A stretch of DNA of 63,111 bases, filler included, from Folioceros fuciformis (GCA_049999805.1; 17 parts of 17 records of this genome joined end to end with filler, not necessarily neighbours in it), one strand, 5' to 3'. Positions 1 to 12,795 are shown, numbered from the whole stretch's first letter. The notes: a model not told the origin generated them from the sequence alone. Program-made: numbers and translations.

Positions 1-70
1 ACCAAACCATACCACTATTAACCCTTTTTCAACCAAAACAAACTACTAGCCCAAACTTTGGAGGTTCACA
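1..70 (-). repeat. Terminus of repeat family D (TGTGAACCTCCAAAG...), probable LTR end
   Basis: Reverse complement of the start of 33594-33965; also matches 50071-50277. The terminus is TG. Confidence 0.75.
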
Positions 71-356
71 AGTTTCAAACCTTCCTTACCTCTCCTGCTC
101 ATTCGAAGAACAAGAGGACAAACAGGAATAATAGAAGATTCCAACAAACCATAATGTTCCCTGAACATTATTGTCATATCCCTGCAACTTTTGTCAACGC
201 ACTCTACTTGTGGTCCCTTTTCGGTTGTAATCCTGTCACCATCTCACTTTCCCTAAAAGCACCTTACAGTGACTAACCTGCAATAGGATAGTTCACAGGC
301 ACATACCTTTGCTGGTATTCATCATTTAGCCTCTAAGTGTGAATTCATACCCAAAC

Positions 357-3300
357 ATGGGTGAGTCTTCATCCAATACGAATTACAGAGGAGGAGATGG
401 TTTTAGGGAAAAGGACAGGTTTGGTGGACAAGACTATGACATCTGGGTTATGAGGATGCGGGGCATTCTTCATAGTAAGAGACTATGGAAGATAACTATT
501 GACGAGGAAAAGGATGATGGAACTGATATGGCATCTCAGGAGGCTTGGGCATCAAGAATGAGCATGCAATGTACATCATTAGAAGTGGTCTTACTTCTGA
601 TATGATGCAACAGACCTCTGGATGTGCAACTGCTGCTGAAGTCTGGACTCGCTTGCAAAACTTGTATTCAGGTAACAACACAACTAGTCAAATGACCGCT
701 TTACGAAATCTACAGAACTGTAAAATGAAAGATGGTGACTCTGTTGAGAAGCACGTTGGGACCTTTAGGAGCCTAGTTTCAAAACTTGAGAGTGCTTCAA
801 ATGAGAGCGTAAAAGATGACATGCTAGCCCTACACCTGATGCTTTCTTTGCCTCCATCATGGTCACACTTTGTGACCTCATTAAATGCTTCAAAGCTCAC
901 AGCTATGAAACTGGCAAAGGCTTCAAATGTTACTCTCCCTAAGATGACATTCACAGAGTTATTGGGAGCTCTTCTTGAGGAAGAGGCTACAAGAGGACCT
1001 GTAAAGAGCAAACAACATGCCCTTTATACCACAAAACGAGGAAAGGGGGGCAAACCTAATTTCCAAGGTCGACAGTATTCTTCAAGTGCTGGGACTCCTC
1101 AGAAGGGTGTCACACAGAAGAAACCCAAGAAGGCTGGAAAGTGCCATTGGTGCCAAATTCCAGGCCATTAGGAGCATGAATGTCGTAAGAAGCAGGCCGG
1201 AATACCTTGCAAGGAGGGCAATTCCACTTCTGAGACACATGTTGTGGTAAAGAAGCAGTCCTCCCCGTCAGTCCTTACTGTAGGGACTAGGGAGTTTGCT
1301 TGCCCTCTTATTTATCCCACCTATCTATCCACAAGAACAGATTTTAGATCATTCCAAGAATGGTACCTAGACACTGATGCAACAGCGCACATATGTTTTG
1401 ACAGTAATGCCTTTGCAACTTATCAGCCAGTAACAGATTAGTTTGTTTACCTGGGTGATAATATATCCCTTGTGTCTCCTGGAAGAGGAACAATAAACCT
1501 TAAAGTTCCTTCAGGAATTACTCTGTTGCTCACAGATGTATATTACGTACCTGAGATGACAAGGAATCTTATACCTGTTAGAAAGCTAAACATGGATAAC
1601 AATACACACATCCTGTTTACACCTACAGAATGTAAGATTATAGATGCCGTTGATCCTCATAAGGTCTTGGCACATGGATCATCTTACAGTGATCTTTTTC
1701 GTCTTCACACCAATGTTGCACATGGTGCTGCACAAACTCACTTAGCTTCACAAGCTATTGATGCTTCTGCAAAGCAAATTGAAAAGGTGAAGTTATGGCA
1801 TGCCCGTTTAGGTCATCCACATAGTTCCAAGTTACAGCAGTTGGCTACAAGCGACTTATATCATGATGGCCAAATTGGTCCCTTGCCTCCCTTACCTCTC
1901 CGTGAAGCATGTGTACTTTCTAAGCGCCATCAGGCTGCCTTCAAGAATAAGACTCCACATCGAGCTTCTGAAGTGCTTGAATTGGTCCATACTGATATCT
2001 GTGGACCCCTCTCACAGCCCTCTATTGGTGGAGGTCGTTATTTCCTTACATTCACAGATGACAAAACACGTTTTGTTAAAGCTTATATCCTAAAGGCTAA
2101 AAGTGAAAGTTTCTCTCTATTCAAAGAATACATAAAGTATGTAGAGAGATGGACTGGACAACAATTAAAAACACTTCGCCCAGACAATGGGGGCGAATAC
2201 ACTTCAAATGAGTTTCAAACATTTTGTGCAAATGAAGGGATTGGTAGACAACTTACCATTGTTTACACGCCGCAGCAGAATGGCATCACAGAACGCCTCA
2301 ACCTCACTCTTCAGGAGATGGTTTCTTCACTGCTGCATCATGCAGCATTACCCCTACCATATTGGGCCGAAGCCCTTATGACATCTGTTTACCCGTTAAA
2401 CAGATTGCCAACCACTGCTATTGAAGGGCAGACACCATATGAAGCATTTCTTTGCAGAAAACCTTCTATTCAACATCTTCGTACCTTTGGGTGTCTTGCT
2501 TATGCCTTCATTCCTAAGGAGAAGAGAAAGAAATTATCCGCAAAGGCCAGAAGACTTCTTATGATTGGCTATACAGAGGGGATAAAAGCTTACAAACTCT
2601 ATGACATCTCTCGTGACAAAGTGATTTACTCACGAAGTGTTACATTTGATGAGGGAAAATTTCTACCTTCAGTGGGAGCTTTTCCCACTCTACAGGCTGA
2701 TGATACATCTTTCCCTTTCCCTGATGTTTGATGATTCTCCTCATGAGGATGTTGCTCCTGCAAGGGGGGAAGATCCACAAGATCAACAAGTGTATCAACA
2801 GGAAGAGTTAATATTGGATGCAGCAGACAATCATACCTTTGATGACCTGCAGTAGCAACCTCCTCCTGACGAGCAACTACCTGTCCTGACCCCACAACCA
2901 GTACTCCATTATCCTGCCAGAGAACGTCGAGCACTTGATTATTATCAAGCGCCTGACTTTAGACCTATCTCTTCCTATGCTTAGGCATACTCTCTCACTT
3001 TCTTGGATCCACTTGAGCCTCAGTCTCTACACGAAGCTTTAAGTCATCCTGATCATAAGGAATGGGAGAAAGCCATTGAATCGGAATACGATTCCCTAAT
3101 TGAGAATGGTACCTGGGAGATAGCTAAACTTCCTCCCGGTAGAAAACTGGTATCCTGTAAGTGGGTATTAAATTGAAAGTAAAGGTTGATGGTACCTTCG
3201 ATAGGTAGAAAGCCAGGCTTGTTGCCAGAGGCTTCTCTCAAATTCCTGGCCTTGATTACTTTGAAACCTTCGCTCTAGTTGTCAAACCTGCTACACTGCG

Positions 3301-4606
3301 AACCATGTGTGCAATTTCAGCTCACAGAGATTACGAATTGCAGATGTTTGATGTCAAAACAGCATTCTTAAATGAGAAGATAGATACAAAGATCTATATG
3401 CAGCAACCCCCTGGCTATGAGATTCAAGGCAAGGAGGAATATGCTTGCAAACTAAAGAAGTGTCTGTATGGACTGAAACAGTCTGCCATGAAATGGAATG
3501 AAGAACTAGACAAGGAACTTCTAGCTTTAGGCTTTACAAAAAGTAAAGCTGATGGTAGCCTATACATATACAAAACCACAGAGATAATATGCTACTTTGC
3601 TATATATGTTGACAATCTTATACTCTCCAGCAATACTCAGTTGTATATTGATAAGATCACTGATCTCCTGGCCACAAAATTCAAAATGTCAAATCTTGGT
3701 CCACTTCAGAGTTGCCTAAGTATCTATACTCAAAGGAATAGACGAACTAGGGTTATTACACTAACTCAACCAAGATACTTATTTGACTATGCTAAACAAT
3801 TTGGCCTCAAAGATGCTAAAGTAGTGGCTACACCCCTCCCTAGTGGCTTAAAGCTCAGCAAGAGCATGTCACCTGTCACACAAAGTGACAAGGATCAGAT
3901 GGTCAACGTTCCCTATAGACAAGCAGTTGGCAAACTCATTTACGCTGCCAACACAACCAGACCTGAGGTCGCCTATGCAACTAGTGTCTTGTCTCAATAT
4001 CTCGAGAACCCTAGACAAAAACACTGGAGTTGTGTTAAACGAGTTCTTCAGTATCTGAAGGGAACAACAAATGGAGGCATACTATACTCTTACCAATCAG
4101 GAGTTCCTCTTGACTTGAAGGTTTACACAGACTCTCACTACGCTGGAGATCTGGACACCAGAAAGTCCGTATCTAGATATTGTGTTTGTGTTGCTGGAGG
4201 ACCCATATGCTGGTCCAGTAAAAAGCAGCCAACAGTGGCGCTGTCTAGCACTGAAGCTGAATATCGGGTACTGAGAGCAGCAGCTAAGGAAATAGTCTGG
4301 TGCAAGCTTCTATTTTTAGAAATGGGGATCGACATTCCAACCTGCACAACTATACACACAGACAACCAAGGCTCGGTCGCTCTTGCTAAGAATCCAGCCT
4401 TCCACTCAAGGACGAAACACGTGGAAGTCGAATACTACTACATTCGTGAGTTAGTATCTGCAGGGACAATCGAACTGCAATATATTTCCACACAAGACAA
4501 TCCAGCTGATGTCTTAACCAAAGCTCTTGGACGAGAGCTACATGAAAAACATGTAAAGGGTCTTGGACTAGGGGAGTCAGAGACTTTCCTAGCTGATCCA
4601 ACCTGA
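357..4606 (+). mobile_element. Ty1/copia gag-pol, decayed (frameshifts and stops)
   Basis: Gag (RFGGQDYDIW, CHWCQIPGH knuckle), protease WYLDTDAT, integrase (WHARLGH, VHTDICGP, LRPDNGGEY, PQQNG), RT (DVKTAFL, LYGLKQS, YVDN), RNase H (SSTEAEY, NPADVLTK), in copia domain order. Confidence 0.96.
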
Positions 4607-4632
4607 ACTATGCTACCTACAAGACTCGCCTA

Positions 4633-4910
4633 CTACTCACTGTCATATTCACTGTCAGACACATGCATTGCTGCTGAGGCTTTCTTTGGGTTGCTAGAAT
4701 CATCATCAGTACTGGATGATAGCTATATGTAGTCCTCACTGAGCACTTTGTCTTCAATGATTTTGTGCACAAAACCTGTAGTGTGAGTTACATGTTGACA
4801 GCAAACGATTTTCAAAACTAGTGGGAGTAGAGAGTGGGAAAGACACATGGAAGGTTGGACTTACGATAATAGCTGATAACATGGCCTGGAAACTCGTCAC
4901 TCTCATAGAC
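4633..4910 (-). pseudogene. 3' part of the copia antisense accessory gene (end of main exon, intron, acidic last exon), truncated by the insertion at 4911
   Basis: Reverse complement is homologous to about 10095-10374. It reads ...EFPGHVISYY, then GTAAGT, then CTACAG and the acidic exon with one Q-to-stop change. Confidence 0.75.
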
Positions 4911-5652
4911 TGTGGAGACCACATGGTAGATAGGCCTCTTAGAAAATGAGTGGTATTTGTTTTTTTTTTGGAGTTTTGATAGAATTCCTTGAAGACATAA
5001 TTAGGAAACTATGTTAGATGGGGCTAGATTAGATAGGATGATCAGGGGATAGCGGTGGTGCAGTTTAGAAAGGCAAGAATCATCTAGCTAACTCGTGGCC
5101 GTGGAAAATGCGAAGTAGGGGGTGCCTGTGGAGAGAGGTGCCGGTGTGTGTGGAACCCTAAGTCGGGCGTGTTAGGGCGAGTTGTGTCCTCAGGAGCGTG
5201 CGGAAGGGGGTTGGGCATAGGCGTGTGGGTGGCGTGCTTGACTTGCCGTGGCCTTACCCAGGTGCGCCGGGGGCTGAGGATCTGAAGGCAGGAAGCTCAT
5301 CTGGCTTGCAGGCTTGGCAAGCTAGCTTGGCCTCTAGGTGAACGAATTCGACAAGCAGCCAGGCCGGGTAGGCTGGCTCCCTGGCTGGGTATGGAGGCCA
5401 AAGGTTGGCTAGCAGCCTCTGGCCAGTCGGCCTAGGCAAGAAAGTGACGGCCCAGGGGGCCAGCCAGCCAGGCCGGGAGGGGGAAAGGGCTGGATGGATG
5501 TGGAGGAGCTGCAGGGAGCGTTGCACCGGGCTGGGTGCAACCAGGGTCGGATCGGGTGGCCGACACGTGGCTCAGCAACTACTGGATCTGGAAGCCGACA
5601 GGAGGCCCAGTGGCAGTCGGAGCTGGCTAGGTAGGCTGTAGGCAGGTAGGCC
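4911..5652 (+). repeat. Repeat family A (TGTGGAGACC...), GC-rich, probable long LTR
   Basis: Sharp TGTGG junction interrupting the copia 3' region. Homologous to the reverse complement of about 45900-46291. Confidence 0.75.
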
Positions 5653-5752
5653 NNNNNNNNNNNNNNNNNNNNNNNNNNNNNNNNNNNNNNNNNNNNTTAA
5701 TTAATTAANNNNNNNNNNNNNNNNNNNNNNNNNNNNNNNNNNNNNNNNNNNN
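5653..5752. other. Artificial contig linker (N44-TTAATTAATTAA-N44). The same linker occurs at 8627, 11001, 17230, 18447, 19843, 22875, 26095, 28223, 33966, 35675, 42896, 49971, 56015, 58174 and 60176
   Basis: An identical 100-nt block with six-frame stops occurs 16 times. It is not biological. Confidence 0.98.
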
Positions 5753-6188
5753 TTTTGTTTGGGGTTAGTCTAGTGACTCTTGCCGGGTAGGAGGAGTCCG
5801 TAGGGAAGTATACAAGGTAGTGGTGTCGTTGCTGGTTGCTAGTAGTTGCTGGTGTTGGTGCTGGAGCGAGAGAGTGAGTGAAGTGAGTGAAGGAAGACGC
5901 AGATCTGAGAGGTTAGAGTCGTTGTAGTGACTGGAGTGAGTTTGTGGGCACCGAGAGAGGTGCAGCTGACCGCCGGACAGCGAGGCCTGTCCTACGCCTG
6001 ATCGGAGCTGGAGGGGAGCCCTCGAATCCGTCATCGAGTCGATCAAGTCCGACCCTCCATCCACAGCAGCAAGGAACCCCATCGCTCCTTCGTGGGAACG
6101 AAACCCAATGTCTCAACGACAGTGGGATAAGTGTGGACACTAAAGGTGGAACCCGTCGGCAATCAGTGCCCGGGGTTTTGCCTCCACA
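5753..6188 (-). repeat. Repeat family B (TGTGGAGGCAAAACCCCGGG...), probable LTR end
   Basis: Near-identical to the reverse complement of 49045-49460 and homologous to 6990-7320. Confidence 0.85.
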
Positions 6189-6659
6189 AAAACTAAATGT
6201 TTAGAACTAGAGAATGCAAAGAGAGGTGTTGATATAATGAAACCTTTGGACAAGAGGTTTATGAGCAACAATCTTCTACTAAGCATTCTAATAGCAAAAA
6301 CAACCTCCTTATCGATCTGATCAAGGAATTTGCAGACACGAAAGCCATGTATCTACATGGTTGTGATACCAAATTAGAATTTCTAATGAAGAAGGAGAAG
6401 CATTAAAGATGATCTATTAACAATTAAACTAGTGGTATGGTGGTAGGCGTTAAATAGCGTTTGTGTTAAGATAACAAGCTCTATCACACTTAGGGTTATA
6501 GACATTTAATTTAGATTAAATATGTTTAGTCAAAGTGAAACAGCATGACTCTAGGTCATGAGTATAAAAACACATTTTTGTAAACATTTTCATTATATTA
6601 TTCATTCAGTTTTGGTAACAACTACTTGCACAACCTTTACACCTTGCACACCGTTTACA

Positions 6660-6671
6660 TGGTATCAGAGC
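6660..6671 (+). promoter_or_regulatory. Primer-binding site (tRNA-iMet) after an LTR 3' end
   Basis: ...TTTACA followed by TGGTATCAGAGC. Confidence 0.85.
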
Positions 6672-6760
6672 CATGCACTGGCCACACAAGATTTTAAAAA
6701 ATGCCTAGGCTGGATTACATCCGAGAATCGCAAAGCTAAAGACGGGATGGAAGGGGAAAT

Positions 6761-6855
6761 TGCTCCCGTGGGCATTGTTTCTCCCGGATCCCATAACAGC
6801 TTTTTATCATTGCTCCCGTGGGCATTGTTTCTCCCGGATCCCATAACAACTTTTT
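6761..6855. repeat. Tandem duplication, 50-bp unit x2
   Basis: TGCTCCCGTGGGCATTGTTTCTCCCGGATCCCATAACA starts at both 6761 and 6811. Confidence 0.9.
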
Positions 6856-6989
6856 CGATAAAAAGCTGGATCCGATTTAAGGATGCGACCCCAACTACAA
6901 GGTTGAGGATCTTGTTGGCCACGTAAGACACATGCGGTGTGGAGGCATGCATGCAGCATGACTTGAACCCGTGACCACCTATGGCACAC

Positions 6990-7360
6990 TGTGGAGGCAA
7001 AACCCCGGGCACTGATTGCCAACGGGTTCCACCTTTAGTGGCCACACTTATCCCACTTGTCGTTGAGACATTGGGTTTCGTTCCCACTAAGGAGCGATGG
7101 GGTTCCTAGTTGCTTTGGATGGAAGGTCGGACTCAACCGACTCAATGACGGATTCGAGGGCTCCCCTCCAGCTTCGATAAGGCGTGGGATAGTCCTCGCT
7201 GTCTAGTAGTCAACTACACCTCTCTTGGTGCCCACAAACTCACTCCAGTCACTACAACGACCTTAACTTCTCAAATCTGCAACTTCCCTCACTTCACTCA
7301 CTCACCTCACCTCACCTCCACTCCATCGCCTCTCTCTCTCTGACTTCACCTCTCTCTAGC
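6990..7360 (+). repeat. Repeat family B copy
   Basis: Begins TGTGGAGGCAAAACCCCGGGCACTG and matches 49045 onward. Confidence 0.85.
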
Positions 7361-8179
7361 TTGACAAATATTATTTTAATAGGACCACTAGCCTAGCCAG
7401 CTGTCACCAACCACTTATTTAGACTTTCCTAGCACATCCTACCGCCAATGAGCTGGCCCTACAAACTGCTAACCCAACCACCACAAGTATCTACCACCTC
7501 TTAAACTACCATGAGACTTTGAAGGATGCCTGATCTTCAAAGTTCTTGTAAACGCCGTCTCTTCCTTGTTGGATGGCTGCCCGCAAAGCCTTCCCCTGCA
7601 ACTGTTCCCCCTTGGTGGCTGAGCATGCTTGCATGGGAGGAGTATGAGCAGTGGGAGAAGATAGGGATGAGTTGGGAAGAAGTGAGATCAGCAGCCGGAA
7701 CCGGAGCTGAAATCGGTAGCTTATTCAGCAGAATTGGCTTCCAGCCAAAATGGTTCCTCGGCCATAGAAAACTGATCCTGGGGTCTCGGGACAATTCAAA
7801 CTATCGACCAAGTGAGGTAGGTAAGGTTCATGCTTTGTAGAATTATCTCTCAGAAAATGGCAAAAAAGAAAAAGAAAAATAATATTAATAAAGGAAATTA
7901 GAAAAAGGGGAGGGAGGCGGGACGGGTAGCTTTCCGGGCAGCACGGTAGCGATCGGGCAGCACGGGCAGAGCGGGTAGATTGGGTAGGTGTGGGCAAGTG
8001 GGCATGGTATCCCTACCAGGCACCCACTCACGTGTATCATGGCCACATCAATCCCGCGGTCATTGTAGGTTTCCCCAGAATTGCTCCCCTCTGAGCCTGG
8101 TCAGCTACGTCTATCGCTCCCCTACACTAGTCAACTCTCCCAACCACGTACCTACGAATCTGGCCACACGTCCCATCAA

Positions 8180-8585
8180 TAGGTAGGCACCATTTCTTCA
8201 CTTGGAAGGGCCCCAGTACCTCCCCTACTGATTTCTACCTTCCAATCACGTTCCTACCAATCGTGCAACATGTCCCGTCAGTAGGTAGGCACCATTCCTT
8301 CACTTGGAAGGGCCCCTGTACCTCCCCTACTGATTTCTACCTCCCTACACTCGATACCTTTTCCTCACAAGGCTCCCTGCAACACCTTCCTCTACCCACA
8401 ATCTAGTTGCTCGTCTCCCTACACCCAGCAACCAACGAGTTTCCTCCGAGCCTACTCCGCTCCCTCCAACTCTGTTTATCGTTCGCCTACGACATTCAAC
8501 CTTTCCCAGCGCGTACCTTCAACACGTCTAGTCAGTAGGTAGGCACCATTCCTTCACTTGGAAGGGCCCCAATACCTCCCCTACC
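8180..8585. repeat. Three dispersed copies of a ~50-60 bp motif
   Basis: TAGGTAGGCACCATTYCTTCACTTGGAAGGGCCCC..TACCTCCCCTAC occurs at about 8180, 8282 and 8536. Confidence 0.85.
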
Positions 8586-8728
8586 AACTTCCAACTACCT
8601 ACACCCAGCACCTTTCCCCACAAGTCNNNNNNNNNNNNNNNNNNNNNNNNNNNNNNNNNNNNNNNNNNNNTTAATTAATTAANNNNNNNNNNNNNNNNNN
8701 NNNNNNNNNNNNNNNNNNNNNNNNNNAG

Positions 8729-9033
8729 TGTTGAGTTATCGAGCTCTATATGAGCTAAACTCATGTGGTGTTAGTTATCCCAGTTGGGTTCATACTAGAC
8801 TAGTTCTAGTTATTAGTGAACTTAGGATAGTGTAGATTATCCCATATTGAACCTGGAAGTTGTGTAGCCCTAAATGTACTACTTAAATGGAGACCTCGGA
8901 CCTCCACAGTAAGACAGTGGTGATGTGTATTGTTTTCATGGTTGTGATCACCAATACCACCCTCTCTTCTCTCCTCTCCTCTCCTACACTTGCACGTAGA
9001 TTGGAGTCGATCCTATTGACATGGTATCAGAGC
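8729..9033 (+). mobile_element. 293-bp 5' LTR (TGTTGAG...TTGACA) plus tRNA-iMet PBS
   Basis: LTR 8729-9021 is nearly identical to the solo LTR 52707-52999. TGGTATCAGAGC follows at 9022-9033. Confidence 0.92.
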
Positions 9034-9183
9034 CCGGTGCAGGCGGTGCAAGATCGGCGTAGGAGGTGCTGCAAGAGGCAGCAAGAGTGCACACCAGAAG
9101 CTAGAGCAGCTACGAGAAGTTGGAGCAGCTTGGAGGGAGATCGGCAGCAAGCGTCCCGGCAGCTAACTCTCATATCGAAGACA

Positions 9184-9356
9184 TATTGAAAAGACACTAT
9201 GGCTATAACTTAAACGACATAACTGTTCGCTATAGGTTGTAACCCTAACGAACGGGTACCTAATAATTATTTATTCTAAATACCCCTATAAACCATTATA
9301 TTATGTGCCTTTAATTTGCTAGATATTATCAACACTATCTCTTAACACTCCCACTT
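9184..9356 (-). mobile_element. Copia 3' LTR (~164 bp) with polypurine tract
   Basis: The minus strand reads AAGTGGGAG then TGTTAAG... and ends TTCAATA. Confidence 0.75.
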
Positions 9357-9613
9357 GTTGATGATTTCGAACAATAAATTCACAGTCGTGCTTCACTGGT
9401 ATCAGTCATTACGTGCGAGAACCAGCTGAGACTTCAGCCATGAACTATGAGTGCTTGGTTTCCTCCTACTCTTCGCCTCAAAACTCCATAATACGGTGTT
9501 TATTGGAGCGTGCTCAAAAGAAACCTCTTGAAAGCAGGTGTGCAACATTCATTCTTATCTTGTTCACTCTTAGCATTCTTTTGAGAGAGCAGCTAGAGAG
9601 TAACTTGACCAAG

Positions 9614-10374
9614 ATGTCGTCCTCTGAGGATTCGAAGGCGACTCCGCGCTATGTGAGGGATACCTTGGGCCGCTTTGCGCGTGCCAAGGGAGCTCCTAGG
9701 ACAACTGCCTCAAGTCCTGGCGGGAGGTCCGATGCTGGAACGAGTTCTCCCTTGCAAAAGCAAACCCTCAAGCGTCCAAGGGTCTTCTTCAACACTCCAC
9801 CTACTGTGAAGACAAGAGCCGCTGACAATATGGGAGCTCACGCACGTCCTATATCATCTGCAGGACATAGAGCTGCAAACACGCGACTGACTGAACATAA
9901 GCTTCCTATTTTTATAGACTCAGGTCCAGTCGCGATGTGGGAGGAAGGTGAGGGAAGGCCTCTTGTTCCCCTCAAGTTCCCAAGAGGTAGCCTCAAGCAC
10001 GATACAAGAATCATCGGTTTGGGGACTACTACGAAGCCCAATTCTCCTCTTTGGTATAGGTGCACTCTGTCCACAATTGTGATGGAGAGGATTAGAGTCT
10101 GCGAGAGTGAAGAGTTTCCAGGCCATGTTATCAGCTACTACAGTAAGTTCACACCTCCATGTGTCTTTCCCACTCTCTACTCCCACTGCTTCTGAAAATC
10201 TTTTGCTATTAACATGCAACTCACTCTACAGGTTCTGTGCACAAGATCATGGAAGACAGAGCGCTCAGTAAGGACTACATACAGCTATCATCCAGTACTG
10301 ATGATGACTCTGGCAACCCAAAGAAGACCTCAGCAGCAATATACGTGTCTGACAGTGAGTATGACAGTGAGTAG
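9614..10374 (+). CDS. Antisense accessory gene of a minus-strand copia. Predicted exons 9614-10142 and 10232-10374; the ORF is open upstream to 9413
   Basis: Lies between the pol end (10403-10497, minus) and the PPT/3' LTR. It shares a 64-aa block with 13587-13778. An 89-nt GTAAGT...CTACAG intron joins it in frame to an acidic exon ending ...YVSDSEYDSE*. Confidence 0.75.
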
Positions 10375-10402
10375 TAGGTGGGTCTTGTAAGTAGCAGAGT
10401 TT

Positions 10403-10497
10403 AGGTTGGATCAGCTAGGAAAGTCTCTGACTCTCCTAGTCCAAGACCCTTTACATGTTTTTCATATAGGTCTCGTCCAAGAGCTTTGGTTAAGACA
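10403..10497 (-). mobile_element. RNase H C-terminus of the same copia family as 357-4606
   Basis: Reverse complement is nearly identical to about 4510-4606 (LTKALGR...GLGLGESETFLADPT). Confidence 0.9.
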
Positions 10498-11000
10498 TGT
10501 GGGGTTAAAATATGGTACCCGAGGGTACCGCGAGGTCCACACAAGCCCTCTATGCCGTTGTAGCTCTGGGATTCGATCCCAAGGAAATGATTCGTGTTAA
10601 ACTACATAGGTTAGCTTCTAAAGTCAATTAGCACCCAAACTCGACTGACCCACGCACACACGTCCCGTGCTCGGTCTTTACCCAGTCCCCTTACTTCTCC
10701 CACCAGACGACCCTCCTACCACCCAGTCGCACCAGGGACTACCTCCCCCTGGACTACTCTTGGTGGCCCGCCGGACTACCCTCCGTTCCCCAATGGACTA
10801 CTACTGTCGTCTTTCGGGCTACCACTTGTGGGTCACACTCCCTCTCTCTTTCTCTCTCTAGGATTTCCTCTCTCTTTGAGTCGTCCCTACCTGACTGTTT
10901 TCTCGCGCCTTCCCTTTTGCGCTTTCCTTCCTTGGTTCTCCACAAAATAGCCTCTCACCCTCAGGATCAAACGCACACACATATGAACAACGACAATCTG
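10498..11000 (+). repeat. Repeat family C (TGTGGGGTTAAAATATGG...), probable LTR end
   Basis: Matches the reverse complement of 56115-56359 and is related to 20256 onward. It interrupts copia RNase H. Confidence 0.8.
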
Positions 11001-12354
11001 NNNNNNNNNNNNNNNNNNNNNNNNNNNNNNNNNNNNNNNNNNNNTTAATTAATTAANNNNNNNNNNNNNNNNNNNNNNNNNNNNNNNNNNNNNNNNNNNN
11101 CGGCGGATAATACTTGTTGAGCACCTTGCGCTCTCCCATTTCCCCCGAAGAGTGCCGAAGCCCCGACAGGGGGTTTCTAACTGAGGGAAGCCCGCTTAAT
11201 TCGCATAGTAAATTAGGGCCGCAGCAGGAATTTCCACAGTTAAACAAGACAAAATAAAGTGGCAACCCTCCTTTTTTTTCTTTTCACCCATCCTTACAGA
11301 CGCTCCATTGGCTATGCGTAGCGGAAGCTTTCGTTGGATTTTGGTGTCATTTATCTACTACCACTATGACGAATTTGGACTGTATCGCAGGTTTGCAGAA
11401 GACGTGAAAAACGATAAAAAAAACTCTCAATTTTTCTTTTGTTTTTTTCTTCGAGAAGAACCTCGTCCGGGGCGCTCTGCGCCCTCTTGGAGAATGCGTA
11501 CGGCCACCTCCGGCCTTCGTTTGCTTGCCAACTGCTTTTGCCCGAAACTAGAACGAAGAGATATAGGAAGGAGGCCAAGGCCACCTTGCTTTATTTTTCG
11601 CGCTTTTGTTTGGTGTTTTTCCTTATGATACAATTGAAACTCTCGGACGGTCATGGGATCTGTGGACGTTTGCTTAAAAGGCCCCCCGGTTACACGCAGT
11701 CGGGCTCCACTTGCATCGCAGGTGGAGGCCAGAAAACTTTTCCTAAAATCGATCCAGATTCGCAGATTATGCCATTACTACCTTATGACTTCAAAGCATG
11801 CAAGGCCACAAGTTGACTAATTTTCCTCCTGCCAAGCGTCTTGGGGTGCGAAGCCCGGAGCCGCGTGCCCCCGCAGTGCGGGCTCGACCCTTTTCTTAAC
11901 TCCATAGAGTTTGTGGGAGTCAGTTGTTGTGTAAGTACCCCATGACACCTAGAGGGATGTAGTAACCCTAGGAGAATGTTGCAAGTGCAGAATGTGGGGA
12001 TTGCATGTCTACAAAATCAGTGGCCAGCCTTTGGAATAGCAATGACATTGTAGTGAAGTTCACGTCCTGCAACATGGAATGTGAGCTAAGAATGTAGTGA
12101 ATTTTAGGTCCTACGACATGGAATGTGAGGTAAGAATGCAAGCAACTGCATGGGCTTCTTGCATTCTTAGGAGGAAAGCTAGCATGGAGTGGCATGTGGC
12201 CAACCTTCAAAATAGTAATGACATTGTAGTGAAGTTCGGGTCCTACAATATGGAATGTGAGTTGAGAATGCAAACAACTCATGGGCTTCTTGCATACCTA
12301 GGAGGAAAGATAGTATGGTTGTCCGTGCACTATGGTGTGGATTGTAGTCACTGC

Positions 12355-12550
12355 ACACATCCATGGCCCCGTCTAGCCTAATCACAAAGAATGAAACAGA
12401 GGAGCTTGATTGTGGGTAGACACATCCATGGCCCTGTCTAGCCTAATCACAAAGAATGAAACAGAGGAGCTTAATTGTGGGTAGACACATCCATGGCCCT
12501 GTCTAGCCTAATCACAAAGAATGAAACAGAGGAGCTTGATTGTGGGTAGA
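12355..12550. repeat. Tandem repeat, ~65-bp unit x3
   Basis: ACACATCCATGGCCCYGTCTAGCCTAATCACAAAGAATGAAACAGAGGAGCTTRATTGTGGGTAG occurs three times. Confidence 0.92.
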
Positions 12551-12795
12551 TTGAACAGCCATTTTGGTAGATTCAATATACCTAGAGGAACCCATGGGAT
12601 TGTGATGAGCAGCGAACCAAACACATGTGTTTTGTATGTCAATTCAATTTCTATTAGTGGCACAAGCAACCCAATGTATTCGTTCCTAGACTGTAACCCC
12701 AAGTCTAAGAGTCTAAGATTGAAAAGAATTTCACATCCTTCTTGCAAGCAACCCAGTTTTAATTTTAGGAATTTCTATGTAAAATATATATATTC

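Noticed and set aside
1169-1441. Programmed readthrough or RNA editing of in-frame stops in pol
   Set aside because: Stops across many elements are CAR-to-TAR or TGG-to-TAG/TGA changes accompanied by frameshifts, which is ordinary methylation-driven decay.
5653-5752. Palindromic TTAATTAATTAA repeated 16 times
   Set aside because: Always centred in N-runs, so it is an assembly linker. ORFs ending in X...LIN are artefacts.
4911-6188. Single element with TGTGGAG...CTCCACA ends spanning the gap
   Set aside because: The flanks (TAGAC vs AAAAC) are not a TSD, and the interrupted copia does not resume.
7803-7817. 15-mer ATCGACCAAGTGAGG shared with 27305-27319
   Set aside because: A single 15-bp match is expected by chance in a window this size.
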